NCBI RefSeq assembly: GCF_001945605.1
Contig: NZ_MPKA01000082.1
Location: forward strand, 1 to 26,383
Reading direction: 5' to 3'
DNA length: 26,383 nt
DNA from: Dubosiella newyorkensis
Lineage (GTDB): Bacteria > Bacillota_I > Bacilli_A > Erysipelotrichales > Erysipelotrichaceae
Part shown: positions 17,708 to 26,064 of the stretch, one piece after another
Layout of the letters: every line of letters begins with the position of its first letter
How positions within the stretch are numbered: position 1 is the stretch's first letter
Notes under the pieces: model-generated
What the model was told of the DNA's origin: nothing
Seen by the model: only the letters and a program-made list of their open reading frames with translations
Databases searched by the model: none
Translations under genes and position numbers: made by a program

Positions 17708-19267
17708 ATGATGAATCCAATTTTTATCATTTCTTTGTCTGGGATCGCAGGGATTGCTGTGGGAGTACTCGTTATGATGGGGATCTCTCGTGCAGGTTTA
17801 AACAAAAATGAGCAAAAAGCGGAACAATTGTTGAAAGAAGCGCAGATCGAAGCGGATGCGAAGATCAAACAAGCTGTGTTGGAAGGAAAGACACAAGCCC
17901 ATGATCTAAGGATCGAAGCCGAAAAGGAGATCAAGGAACGAAAACAAGAAACGATGCAGTTTGAAAATAAATTGCTTCGCCGAGAAGACAACTTGAATTT
18001 CCGTGATGAAGCGCTGACTCAAAAAGAAAAACAAATATCCGATAAGCTGCAGAAAGCGAATGACAAGCTCGCATCTCTTGATGCAAAAGAGAAAAAATTA
18101 CAAGAGCAGATCGATAAACAAATCTTAGTGCTTGAAGGTGTGGCAAAAATGTCGAGCCAAGATGCGCAAAAAGAATTATTTGCTGTTGTTGAAAAGAAAA
18201 TGGAGCATGAAACAGTCGCTTATATCAAAGACAAAGAAGAAGAAGCCAAAGCAACAGCAACCGAAAAAGCACAGAATATCATCGCCTTAGCCATTGAGAG
18301 AATGGCTCAACAAGAAACCCAGGAACGAACGGTATCCGTCGTCGCTATTCCTGGCGAAGAAATGAAAGGACGGATCATCGGTCGCGAGGGTCGAAACATT
18401 CGCTGCTTTGAACAAGCAACGGGCGTTGAGCTCAATATCGATGATACGCCGGATTTGATCACGATCACGTGCTTCAATCCGATTCGAAGGGAAGTGGCCC
18501 GTTTGGCTTTAGAACATTTGATCAAAGACGGGCGGATCCAACCAGGTCGGATCGAGGAAGTTGTACGCAAATACCAAAACGAGATCGATCAAGAAATCAT
18601 GAAGGCCGGAGAGGAAGCCGTATTCAAGCTAGGGATCGGGCGGATCGACCGAGAGATCGTTCGTTTGATCGGAACGTTGAAATACCGCTATTCGTATGGC
18701 CAAAATGCATTGCAGCATAGTATGGAAGTCGCCTATTTGGCAGGCTGTATGGCTGTTGAACTCGGTTTGAATCAACAGTTAGCCAAACGTGCTGGTTTAT
18801 TGCACGATATTGGTAAAGCCTTGAATATTGAACAACAAGAAGGATCGCACGTAGAACTTGGATATAAGTTCTGCAAAAAACATGGCGAAAAAGACATTGT
18901 TTTGAACGCGATTCAATCGCATCATTACGATGTGGAACCTAAATATTTGACAAGTCATATCGTCATTGCGGCAGATACGATCTCTGCGGCAAGACCTGGC
19001 GCTCGAAAAGAAAGCGCTCAGGCTTATATCAATCGTCTAGAAAACCTCGAAAAAATCGCTGGTGGTTTCGAAGGGGTTCAGCAAGCATATGCGATCCAGG
19101 CGGGTCGTGAAATCCGGATCTTGGTCAATCCGGACCGAGTCGATGATGTTACATGTGTTAAACTCGCACGCAATATCCGAGAAAAAATTGAAAATGAGTT
19201 GACGTATCCAGGTCAAATCAAGGTCAATGTGATTCGCGAAGTGCGAGCACAGGAAGTTGCTAAATAA
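17708..19267 (+). CDS. rny: Ribonuclease Y
   Basis: MMNPIFIISLSGIAGIAVGVLV forms an N-terminal TM helix. It is followed by a long coiled coil, a KH domain (GRIIGREGRNIR) and an HD domain (LLHDIGK). The SD is GGAGGGAA. The track start at 17546 overlaps rpmF and the terminator. Confidence 0.95.
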   Translation: MMNPIFIISLSGIAGIAVGVLVMMGISRAGLNKNEQKAEQLLKEAQIEADAKIKQAVLEGKTQAHDLRIEAEKEIKERKQETMQFENKLLRREDNLNFRDEALTQKEKQISDKLQKANDKLASLDAKEKKLQEQIDKQILVLEGVAKMSSQDAQKELFAVVEKKMEHETVAYIKDKEEEAKATATEKAQNIIALAIERMAQQETQERTVSVVAIPGEEMKGRIIGREGRNIRCFEQATGVELNIDDTPDLITITCFNPIRREVARLALEHLIKDGRIQPGRIEEVVRKYQNEIDQEIMKAGEEAVFKLGIGRIDREIVRLIGTLKYRYSYGQNALQHSMEVAYLAGCMAVELGLNQQLAKRAGLLHDIGKALNIEQQEGSHVELGYKFCKKHGEKDIVLNAIQSHHYDVEPKYLTSHIVIAADTISAARPGARKESAQAYINRLENLEKIAGGFEGVQQAYAIQAGREIRILVNPDRVDDVTCVKLARNIREKIENELTYPGQIKVNVIREVRAQEVAK

Positions 19268-19297
19268 GGTGAAGTACTGAACTTCACCTTTTCTTTT
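19268..19297 (+). terminator. Rho-independent terminator after rny
   Basis: GGTGAAGT / ACTTCACC stem with an ACTGA loop, followed by TTTTCTTTT. Confidence 0.8.
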
Positions 19298-19324
19298 GAG
19301 TTTGTTAACCCTTACTAAATCGCC

Positions 19325-19352
19325 TTGATTCAATATTTCTAGAGTGTATAAT
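19325..19352 (+). promoter_or_regulatory. Candidate promoter of the ferredoxin gene
   Basis: TTGATT (19325-19330), 16-nt spacer, TATAAT (19347-19352). Confidence 0.55.
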
Positions 19353-19391
19353 TAAATGTGTAAATAAGAAATCAGTAGGAGGATTAATAAA

Positions 19392-19568
19392 ATGGCAGCA
19401 GTAGTTAACCAAGATATTTGCATCGGATGTGGAGCATGTGTAGGTGTTTGCCCAGTGGGAGCAATCGCGTTGAACGATGAAGGCAAAGCCGCTGTAGATC
19501 CAGATGTATGCATCTCTTGTGGAGCATGCGTAGGTGTTTGCCCAGTTGGTGCGATCACTTTAGAGTAA
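19392..19568 (+). CDS. 2x[4Fe-4S] clostridial-type ferredoxin (absent from the ORF track because it is shorter than 60 aa)
   Basis: Own translation: MAAVVNQDICIGCGACVGVCPVGAIALNDEGKAAVDPDVCISCGACVGVCPVGAITLE (58 aa). It has two CxxCxxCxxxCP motifs and the SD AGGAGG upstream. Confidence 0.85.
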   Translation: MAAVVNQDICIGCGACVGVCPVGAIALNDEGKAAVDPDVCISCGACVGVCPVGAITLE

Positions 19569-19589
19569 TTCGCTCTAGAACCGAAAAAA

Positions 19590-19598
19590 TGATATAAT
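19590..19598 (+). promoter_or_regulatory. Candidate extended -10 promoter (TGaTATAAT) for miaB, nested against the ferredoxin terminator
   Basis: TG 19590-19591 and TATAAT 19593-19598. The predicted start (~19605) falls inside the 5' arm of the terminator hairpin. Confidence 0.35.
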
Positions 19599-19600
19599 GA

Positions 19601-19630
19601 AATCAAGCAAGCAATGCTTGATTTTTTTTT
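19601..19630 (+). terminator. Rho-independent terminator after the ferredoxin gene
   Basis: 9-bp stem AATCAAGCA / TGCTTGATT (19601-19609 / 19615-19623) and a T-run to 19630, running directly into the miaB SD GGAGG. Confidence 0.7.
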
Positions 19631-19642
19631 GGAGGCATATTT

Positions 19643-21076
19643 ATGAAAATAAAAGAAAACTGGTCTTTGCCTGACCTCAAGGAAGCAGGACGCCGTACAA
19701 GAAGCGCGATCGAAAGAGTAGATCAATACTTGATTCCTGCCCATGCGATGCACCTTGGAGAAGGAAAGACGTATCATATTTCCACCTATGGCTGTCAAGC
19801 CAATGAGCGCGATTCCGAAACGATGGCCGGGATCCTAGAAACGATTGGATTCAAACCAAGCGAAGATCTCGAACATGTCGATGTGATCTTGATCAACACT
19901 TGTGCGATCCGCCAAAACGCAGAAGAAAAAGTGCTCGGAGAAATTGGCAATTTTAAAAGATTATACAAGGAAAATAAAGATCTCATTATTGGAGTTTGCG
20001 GATGCATGGCTCAAGAAAATTCATTTGTCAAATTGTTGTTGGAAAAATACCCTCAAGTACGGCTGCTTTTTGGAACCCATAATATTCAAGATCTGCCACA
20101 GCTTCTTTATGAAGCGATGAATGAGCATACAAAAGTCGTCAAGATCTATTCTAAAGAAGGTGAGGTCTATGAAAACCTACCAGTAAAACGGTTTGGTCAG
20201 CATAAAGCTTGGGTCAATATCATGTATGGCTGCGATAAATTCTGCACATATTGTATCGTTCCATATACACGAGGAAAACAAAGATCAAGAACGATGGAAC
20301 AGATCCTAAAAGAAGTGCAGGAACTAAAAAATGAAGGATATAAAGAAATCACTTTATTAGGTCAAAATGTAAACGCGTATGGAAAAGATATGGAAAATGG
20401 AGTTGATTTCGCAAACCTTCTTGAAGAGGTCGCAAAAATCGGGATTCCGCGGATCCGCTTCATGACTTCGCATCCTTGGGATTTTACGGATCAAATGATC
20501 GATGTGATCGCTCAATACGAGAATATTATGCCATTCATTCATCTTCCGATGCAATCAGGCGACGACGAGATCTTAAAGAGAATGGGACGAAGATATACGA
20601 GCGAATCGTATTATGAATTGTATCAAAAACTAAAAGCCAAAGTGCCCAACGCAGCCATTTCGACAGACATTATTGTCGGCTTTCCGAATGAATCCGATGA
20701 AGCTTTTCAGAATACTTTAGATCTAGTAGAAAAATGTAAGTTTGATAATGCTTTTACATTTGTTTATTCTCCAAGACCTGGAACGCCCGCGGCTAAAATG
20801 GAAGATACGATCGATGCAGAAACAAAAAAACAGCGCTTGTATACACTCAATGAAAAGTGGGGCCAATACGCGCGACAAATCAATACATCATACGAAGGCA
20901 AAGTTGTTCGAGTGCTCGTGGATGGAATGAGCAAACGCAATGAAAATGTATATTCTGGATATTCCGAAACAAATAAACTCGTCAACTTCACAGGTGAGAA
21001 TATTCATCCTGGTGATTTTGTGGACGTATTGATCGAAGAGGCAAAAACTTTCTCGCTCGACGGTAAAGCCATTTAG
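19643..21076 (+). CDS. miaB: tRNA (i6A37) methylthiotransferase MiaB
   Basis: 477 aa. It has a UPF0004 N-domain (YHISTYGCQANERDSE), the radical-SAM motif CDKFCTYCIVP and a C-terminal TRAM domain. Confidence 0.95.
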   Translation: MKIKENWSLPDLKEAGRRTRSAIERVDQYLIPAHAMHLGEGKTYHISTYGCQANERDSETMAGILETIGFKPSEDLEHVDVILINTCAIRQNAEEKVLGEIGNFKRLYKENKDLIIGVCGCMAQENSFVKLLLEKYPQVRLLFGTHNIQDLPQLLYEAMNEHTKVVKIYSKEGEVYENLPVKRFGQHKAWVNIMYGCDKFCTYCIVPYTRGKQRSRTMEQILKEVQELKNEGYKEITLLGQNVNAYGKDMENGVDFANLLEEVAKIGIPRIRFMTSHPWDFTDQMIDVIAQYENIMPFIHLPMQSGDDEILKRMGRRYTSESYYELYQKLKAKVPNAAISTDIIVGFPNESDEAFQNTLDLVEKCKFDNAFTFVYSPRPGTPAAKMEDTIDAETKKQRLYTLNEKWGQYARQINTSYEGKVVRVLVDGMSKRNENVYSGYSETNKLVNFTGENIHPGDFVDVLIEEAKTFSLDGKAI

Positions 21077-21124
21077 TGTGATATAATACAAATATTACGA
21101 ACGAAACAGAAACGAGGAGGATTT

Positions 21125-22807
21125 ATGGCGAAAACGAATACGCCGTCCACAAATGAAAAAGTCAAAGTTTTTATGCTTGGTGGCTTGGACGAAGACGGAA
21201 AGAATATGATTTGTATTCAAGTTGGCGAAAAGATCTATATCATTGAAGCAGGCTTGAAATTTCCGGAAGCAAAAGAATCATTAGGAATCGAATATATCAT
21301 TCAAGATTTCTCTTATTTGATTGAACATAAAGATCAGATCGCAGGAATCATCATTACCCATGGACACGATGATGTGATGGGGGCATTACCTCATCTTCTA
21401 AAACAAGTAAAGGCGGATGTCTATACTTCACCGCTTGCCGCTAAAGAAATACAAAAGCTCTTGAAAAAAGAAAAGATCACAGGCGTAAAGATCCATTCTA
21501 TTAAAAGGCACGATAAAAAGACGATCGGAAAACACCGCGTCCTCTTTTTCCCAATCACCCATGCCTATCCAGGTGCATTTGGGGTCGCAATCTCATCAAG
21601 TCAAGGCTATATTGTCTATTCTGGAGAATTTATTGAGAACTATGATGATCTATCTGAAAATTATCGTGGAAACATCACGATCGGAGCGGATCTAGGAAAA
21701 GAGGGAGTGCTCGTTTTAATGCAAGAGAGTAAAGGGGCAGAACGAAATGGGCACACTGCACCAAACCATCGGATCGATAAAAAGCTCAATAAGCTTCTAG
21801 ATCTCAACCACGATTCTCGACTCTTTATAAGCTGTTACACGCAATCGGTCTATCGAATCCAAGAAATCATCGACTGTTGTATCAAACAAGAGCGTAAGCT
21901 CGTTCTGTACACGAAAGAGCTGCGTTCTTTGATCGATGGACTTGCCTATATTGGCTATAAGATCCCGGATGGCGTAGTCGTGGATGCTTCCAAGATCGAT
22001 GAATACACCAATGTCGTCGTATTGATCAGCGGACAAGGAAAGCCGCTCTTCACCTTGATGTCCAATATCGCCAATGATGAAGTAAATGATATCACGATCA
22101 AGCCAGACGATCTGTTCGTGATCGCTTCGCCAGTCGTTCCAGGTGTAGAAAAAGTGTTCCGCAATATGGAAAACGATATCTACAAACGGGATGGCAAGAT
22201 CATCAATCTAGATAAAAATGTATTGAGCATGCATCCATCCAAGGAAGATCTCAAAATGATGCTTTTCTTGACCCGCCCAAAATACTATATTCCAGTCAAA
22301 GGGGAATATAGAATGTTGTGCGCGAACGCGATGATAGCAGAGGAGATGGGAATCCCACCTGAAAATATCTTGATCCTGGACAATGGGCAAGTGGCTGAAT
22401 TCGAAGAAGGAAATCTCGTATCGTATGAAGTGAAAATGAATCTGCACGAGACGATGATCGATGGCAAGGAAAACTGGGATATGGCTGGTGTCGTATTAAA
22501 AGACCGCGAAATCTTATCGACCGATGGGGTCATGATCCTGGCGATCGGTTTGGATGCCAAAACGAAAAAGATCATCAATGGACCAGATATTCAGACACGC
22601 GGCTTGATCTATTTAAAAGATGCTGAATACATCACAAAAGATGTCGCGAAAATCATGGAAGATACGATCGAGGAAGCGGTAAAGAATAAAACATACGAAA
22701 ATTTACAAGTTCGTTCGGACATTCGTGATAAAGTATCGAAATATTTATTCAAACAGACCGCAAAACGGCCAATGGTCCTTCCTGTGATCTTAGAGATCAA
22801 TAAATAG
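21125..22807 (+). CDS. rnj: Ribonuclease J family protein (J2-like paralogue with degenerate metal-binding motifs)
   Basis: 560 aa, collinear with RNase J1/J2 (metallo-beta-lactamase, beta-CASP and C-terminal domains). It ends ...RPMVLPVILEI as in Bacillus J1. Motif II reads HGHDDV instead of HGHEDH. It lies next to ftsK, as rnjB lies next to spoIIIE in B. subtilis. Confidence 0.9.
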   Translation: MAKTNTPSTNEKVKVFMLGGLDEDGKNMICIQVGEKIYIIEAGLKFPEAKESLGIEYIIQDFSYLIEHKDQIAGIIITHGHDDVMGALPHLLKQVKADVYTSPLAAKEIQKLLKKEKITGVKIHSIKRHDKKTIGKHRVLFFPITHAYPGAFGVAISSSQGYIVYSGEFIENYDDLSENYRGNITIGADLGKEGVLVLMQESKGAERNGHTAPNHRIDKKLNKLLDLNHDSRLFISCYTQSVYRIQEIIDCCIKQERKLVLYTKELRSLIDGLAYIGYKIPDGVVVDASKIDEYTNVVVLISGQGKPLFTLMSNIANDEVNDITIKPDDLFVIASPVVPGVEKVFRNMENDIYKRDGKIINLDKNVLSMHPSKEDLKMMLFLTRPKYYIPVKGEYRMLCANAMIAEEMGIPPENILILDNGQVAEFEEGNLVSYEVKMNLHETMIDGKENWDMAGVVLKDREILSTDGVMILAIGLDAKTKKIINGPDIQTRGLIYLKDAEYITKDVAKIMEDTIEEAVKNKTYENLQVRSDIRDKVSKYLFKQTAKRPMVLPVILEINK

Positions 22808-22826
22808 AATTAGAAAGTTGGTAAGA

Positions 22827-25160
22827 ATGGCAGCAAAGAAAAGAAAGCCACAAAAAAAAGCAAACACTGCCAGATCAAAATCAAGCCAAACGTCAAAAAA
22901 AGCACAAACGAATTGGAAGACATCCAGATTGTTCCGTTTGTGCTTTCTCATTTGTATCATTTGCGCTTGTTTGCTGGCCTTATTTAAATTTGGAATCGTA
23001 GGCTCGTTTTTCTTCAATTTGATTTCATACTTTTTTGGATTTGCGACCTATGTGATTTTGATCTTAGGGATCGTTTATGCGATCTGGACGATCTATCATA
23101 ACGATAAAAAGAAGATTCCCAAGAGCTATATTGTAGGAATCATTTTCGTGCTTTCGGCGCTTTTGCTCTATCAAGGCTGCCGAGAATTCCAGGCCCATAC
23201 TCCATGGAGCGGATTCATGCGGATCGTATCCAATACTTGGCCTATTTTGAGCGGAGAAATGAATTATACTTCTGGCCTATATGGGACATTGTTGTCTGGA
23301 ATATTTGCCAGTATGTTCGATTACAGCGGCGCCTTTTTGATTTCCGCGATCATGGGACTGATCGGTATCATTTTATTGACTTATTATTGGTTCGCCAATC
23401 TAGACCGGGATACGATCAAAGAAAAACTCAAAAAACCTAGACCACAAAGAGAAATAAGAAACGAGATCCCGATCTCTTATGAAACAGCCGAAACACGCTT
23501 TGAGCCTATTGACCTAGAAGAAACTCCAAGCAAGAAAAAGAAAAAAGCGAAGACAAAGCGACAAAAAGACTTTGGCCTTGTGGCGGATGAGATTCCAAAT
23601 AAAGATCAACCAAAAGCGCTCGAAAATGTCGTGATCTCGCAATCACAACCGAAAGAAAAACCGTCGAAAAAAAGTGAAGTCGTCAAACGCAATGAAATCT
23701 CAAGATATACGGAAGATCTATATCCAGGATATAAATTGCCGCCAACAAAACTGCTCAACGATGTTTCTCGACTATCCCGTTCTTCGATCAATTTACAGCA
23801 TGCGCGAGTGGATGGACAAAAATTGATCGAAATATTGGATGAATTCAACATCAAGGCTGATTTGAAAGAGATCCATATCGGGCCGACCGTCACAAAATTT
23901 GAAATCAAACCTGAATTAGGCGTCCGAGTTTCGAGGATCTCGAATTTGACCGATGATATCAAGATGGCGTTGGCGGCCACAGATATTCGGATCGAGGCTC
24001 CGATCCCAGGAAAAAATGCGGTAGGGATCGAAGTGCCAAACTTAGAAAAAACACCTGTGCAAATGAAAGATCTAATGATGCATATTCCAAATTCGAAACA
24101 AAAAGAACCACTCTTGTTTTGTTTAGGGAAAGACTTGATGGGTGAATGTGTATATGGACAGCTTGATAAAATGCCTCACCTTTTGATCGCGGGAGCAACG
24201 GGTTCGGGTAAATCCGTTTGTGTAAATACGATCATTTGTTCTTTATTGATGCGGAGCCGACCAGATGAAGTCAAACTTATTTTGATCGATCCAAAAAAAG
24301 TCGAATTTACACCGTATAACGATGTTCCGCATTTGATCGCTCCTGTCATCACGGATGGAGATCTTGCGAATAAAGCGTTGAAAGTTGTCGTCCAAATGAT
24401 GGATGAGCGATATAATTTGTTTGGCGATATCGGAGTCAAGAACATCGCTGGCTACAATGAATATGTACGAAATCATCCCGAAGACAATTTGATCTATTTG
24501 CCACAAATCGTCGTGATCATTGATGAGCTAGCGGATCTGATGCTTGTTGCCGCCAAAGAAGTCGAGCAGTCGATACAAAGGATCACACAACTTGCCCGGG
24601 CAGCAGGAATCGTATTGATCGTTGCTACACAAAGACCAAGTGTGGATGTTATCACAGGGGTGATCAAGTCGAACATTCCTAGTCGGATCGCCTTTGCGGT
24701 CGCCAGCGTTGTCGATTCTAGGACAATTCTCGATCAAGCTGGAGCAGAACGGCTATTGGGCTATGGGGATATGTTGTATTTACCCAATGGTGAAAACTCG
24801 CCAAAGCGGGTGCAAGGTGTCTTTATCAAAGACGATGAAGTCAGTGCGATCAGCGAATTTGTGAAAAAGCAAGGAAAACCGAAATACGATGATGTTTTCA
24901 TCACTCTAAAAGACTTACAGAGTCAAGGAGGGAAAGTGGCGCAAGAAAGTGCGGATCCGCTTTATGATGAAGTCAAGCGATTTGTGATCGCTTCGAAAAA
25001 AGCGTCGACTTCTTTGATCCAACGTAAGTTTTCGATCGGTTATTCTCGCGCCGCCCGCTTGATCGATGTATTGGAAGAAAATCGGATCATCGGGCCGGCC
25101 AACGGCTCAAAACCTAGAGAGGTGCTTGTGCAAAGCGCTGTTGATGTTTCTGAAGATTGA
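22827..25160 (+). CDS. ftsK: DNA translocase FtsK/SpoIIIE
   Basis: Basic N-terminus, ~4 TM helices and a Lys/Pro-rich linker. The motor domain has Walker A GATGSGKS and Walker B IVVIIDELADL. The C-terminal gamma winged helix is ASTSLIQRKFSIGYSRAARLIDVLEE. The start could be ATG 22827 or TTG 22818. Confidence 0.95.
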   Translation: MAAKKRKPQKKANTARSKSSQTSKKAQTNWKTSRLFRLCFLICIICACLLALFKFGIVGSFFFNLISYFFGFATYVILILGIVYAIWTIYHNDKKKIPKSYIVGIIFVLSALLLYQGCREFQAHTPWSGFMRIVSNTWPILSGEMNYTSGLYGTLLSGIFASMFDYSGAFLISAIMGLIGIILLTYYWFANLDRDTIKEKLKKPRPQREIRNEIPISYETAETRFEPIDLEETPSKKKKKAKTKRQKDFGLVADEIPNKDQPKALENVVISQSQPKEKPSKKSEVVKRNEISRYTEDLYPGYKLPPTKLLNDVSRLSRSSINLQHARVDGQKLIEILDEFNIKADLKEIHIGPTVTKFEIKPELGVRVSRISNLTDDIKMALAATDIRIEAPIPGKNAVGIEVPNLEKTPVQMKDLMMHIPNSKQKEPLLFCLGKDLMGECVYGQLDKMPHLLIAGATGSGKSVCVNTIICSLLMRSRPDEVKLILIDPKKVEFTPYNDVPHLIAPVITDGDLANKALKVVVQMMDERYNLFGDIGVKNIAGYNEYVRNHPEDNLIYLPQIVVIIDELADLMLVAAKEVEQSIQRITQLARAAGIVLIVATQRPSVDVITGVIKSNIPSRIAFAVASVVDSRTILDQAGAERLLGYGDMLYLPNGENSPKRVQGVFIKDDEVSAISEFVKKQGKPKYDDVFITLKDLQSQGGKVAQESADPLYDEVKRFVIASKKASTSLIQRKFSIGYSRAARLIDVLEENRIIGPANGSKPREVLVQSAVDVSED

Positions 25161-25189
25161 CTATAATTGAATGGAGAGGTGGCCTTATC

Positions 25190-25609
25190 ATGAATATTTT
25201 CCTAAAGATTGGAGACTCTGTTCCTCGCGATGACTGTATTTCTGAAATCGTACAGCTAGGCGATTTTGTTTATTTATCGGGCCAAACAGGAAGAGGAACG
25301 ACGTTCCATGAACAATGCGTGACAGCATGTTATCGGGTTATCGATGTATTGAAGGATCTAGACCTTAGAATCGATCATATAGTAAAGTTTACGGTTTATT
25401 TGACCGATATTTCTCTTAAGGATCAATTTATTTCAGTTTTTAAAAACTTTGTAGAAGCGCCATATCCGGCAATGACGATCGTTGAAGTAAGCGCATTAGA
25501 AAACGATGCGATGATCGAAATCGAAGGGATCGGCGTCAATACGCTCCGTCACGAAAAGAGTATGCAATCTTCGAATTGTTCGGATTGCGATGATCAGCCG
25601 ACTCATTAA
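25190..25609 (+). CDS. Rid (YjgF/YER057c/UK114) family protein, non-RidA subgroup
   Basis: ~139 aa with the family pattern ...YLSGQTG...IVKFTVYLTD...PAMTIVEVSAL...MIEIEGIG. ATG 25190 follows GGAGAGGTGG; the track start at 25157 (TTG) overlaps ftsK. Confidence 0.8.
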   Translation: MNIFLKIGDSVPRDDCISEIVQLGDFVYLSGQTGRGTTFHEQCVTACYRVIDVLKDLDLRIDHIVKFTVYLTDISLKDQFISVFKNFVEAPYPAMTIVEVSALENDAMIEIEGIGVNTLRHEKSMQSSNCSDCDDQPTH

Positions 25610-26000
25610 AAAGCATCATTTTGCAGAACCGGTAAATCAGCATGAATCGGTTTAAAATGAAGGAAGAATGATCAAGAAGCAAGGATGATTTATCTTTAAA
25701 AAGAAGATAACATCCTTTTTCTTTTGACGAAGTCACTTTTTTGATCGCAAAATAGTTGACCCAAAGATCTGGGATGATCTCAAGTAGGACGAGCGAAGAA
25801 TTGATATAGATCGGAACGTGCTTGCGAATATTCATATGGTATTGGAAAGAGGCTTTCCTCCCCTCTAAACTCGATCCAAAATACAAACACATTTCATTGA
25901 TCAATTTCTTGATCGTTTTAAAAGAGTAAAGATGGGTATGGTCATTAAAGTCGGCTTGGACTCTTGATCGTAAATAATCATATTTTAAATAATTTAACAT
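25536..26000 (-). CDS. comK: ComK-family (competence transcription factor-like) protein
   Basis: 154 aa. CLYFGSSLEGRKASFQYHMNIRKHVPIYINSS aligns with B. subtilis ComK CRFFGSSYAGRKAGTYEVTKISHKPPIMVDPS. No SD precedes the ATG. The 3' end overlaps the Rid gene by 74 nt. Confidence 0.6.
   Translation of the reverse strand: MLNYLKYDYLRSRVQADFNDHTHLYSFKTIKKLINEMCLYFGSSLEGRKASFQYHMNIRKHVPIYINSSLVLLEIIPDLWVNYFAIKKVTSSKEKGCYLLFKDKSSLLLDHSSFILNRFMLIYRFCKMMLFNESADHRNPNNSKIAYSFRDGAY
25681..25725 (+). terminator. Rho-independent terminator for the Rid gene, located inside the convergent ComK-like ORF
   Basis: AAGGATG(AT)TTATCTT / AAGATAACATCCTT gives a 14-bp stem with a 2-nt bulge, followed by TTTCTTTT. 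Confidence 0.6.
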
Positions 26001-26038
26001 GCCATTATTCTACTTCTTGAATGTGAGAATTAAGTGAG

Positions 26039-26064
26039 AAAAATAAAAACAAGCCGAAGCTTGT
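26039..26064 (-). terminator. Minus-strand rho-independent terminator upstream of the ComK-like gene
   Basis: On the - strand: ACAAGC-TTCG-GCTTGT (UUCG tetraloop) followed by TTTTTATTTTT. Confidence 0.6.

Noticed and set aside
17669-17711. 13-codon uORF (MNMLYGIERQGGK) ending in ATGA overlap with the rny start.
   Set aside because: Its ATG overlaps the predicted -10 box (17666-17671), so it would lie upstream of the transcript start. It has no SD.
19352-19798. 148-aa minus-strand ORF containing the repeated peptide APTGQTPTHAP.
   Set aside because: It is the antisense reading of the ferredoxin gene (the repeat mirrors the duplicated CxxCxxCxxxCP-coding DNA) and of the miaB 5' end. The plus-strand genes have strong motifs and SDs.
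23521-23560. Poly-purine AAG/AAA low-complexity run (also 4286-4300 in rpmA).
   Set aside because: These runs encode Lys-rich linkers (KKKKKAKTKRQK in FtsK, GKKKKKV in L27). They are not tandem repeat elements or slippery frameshift sites with a downstream alternative ORF.
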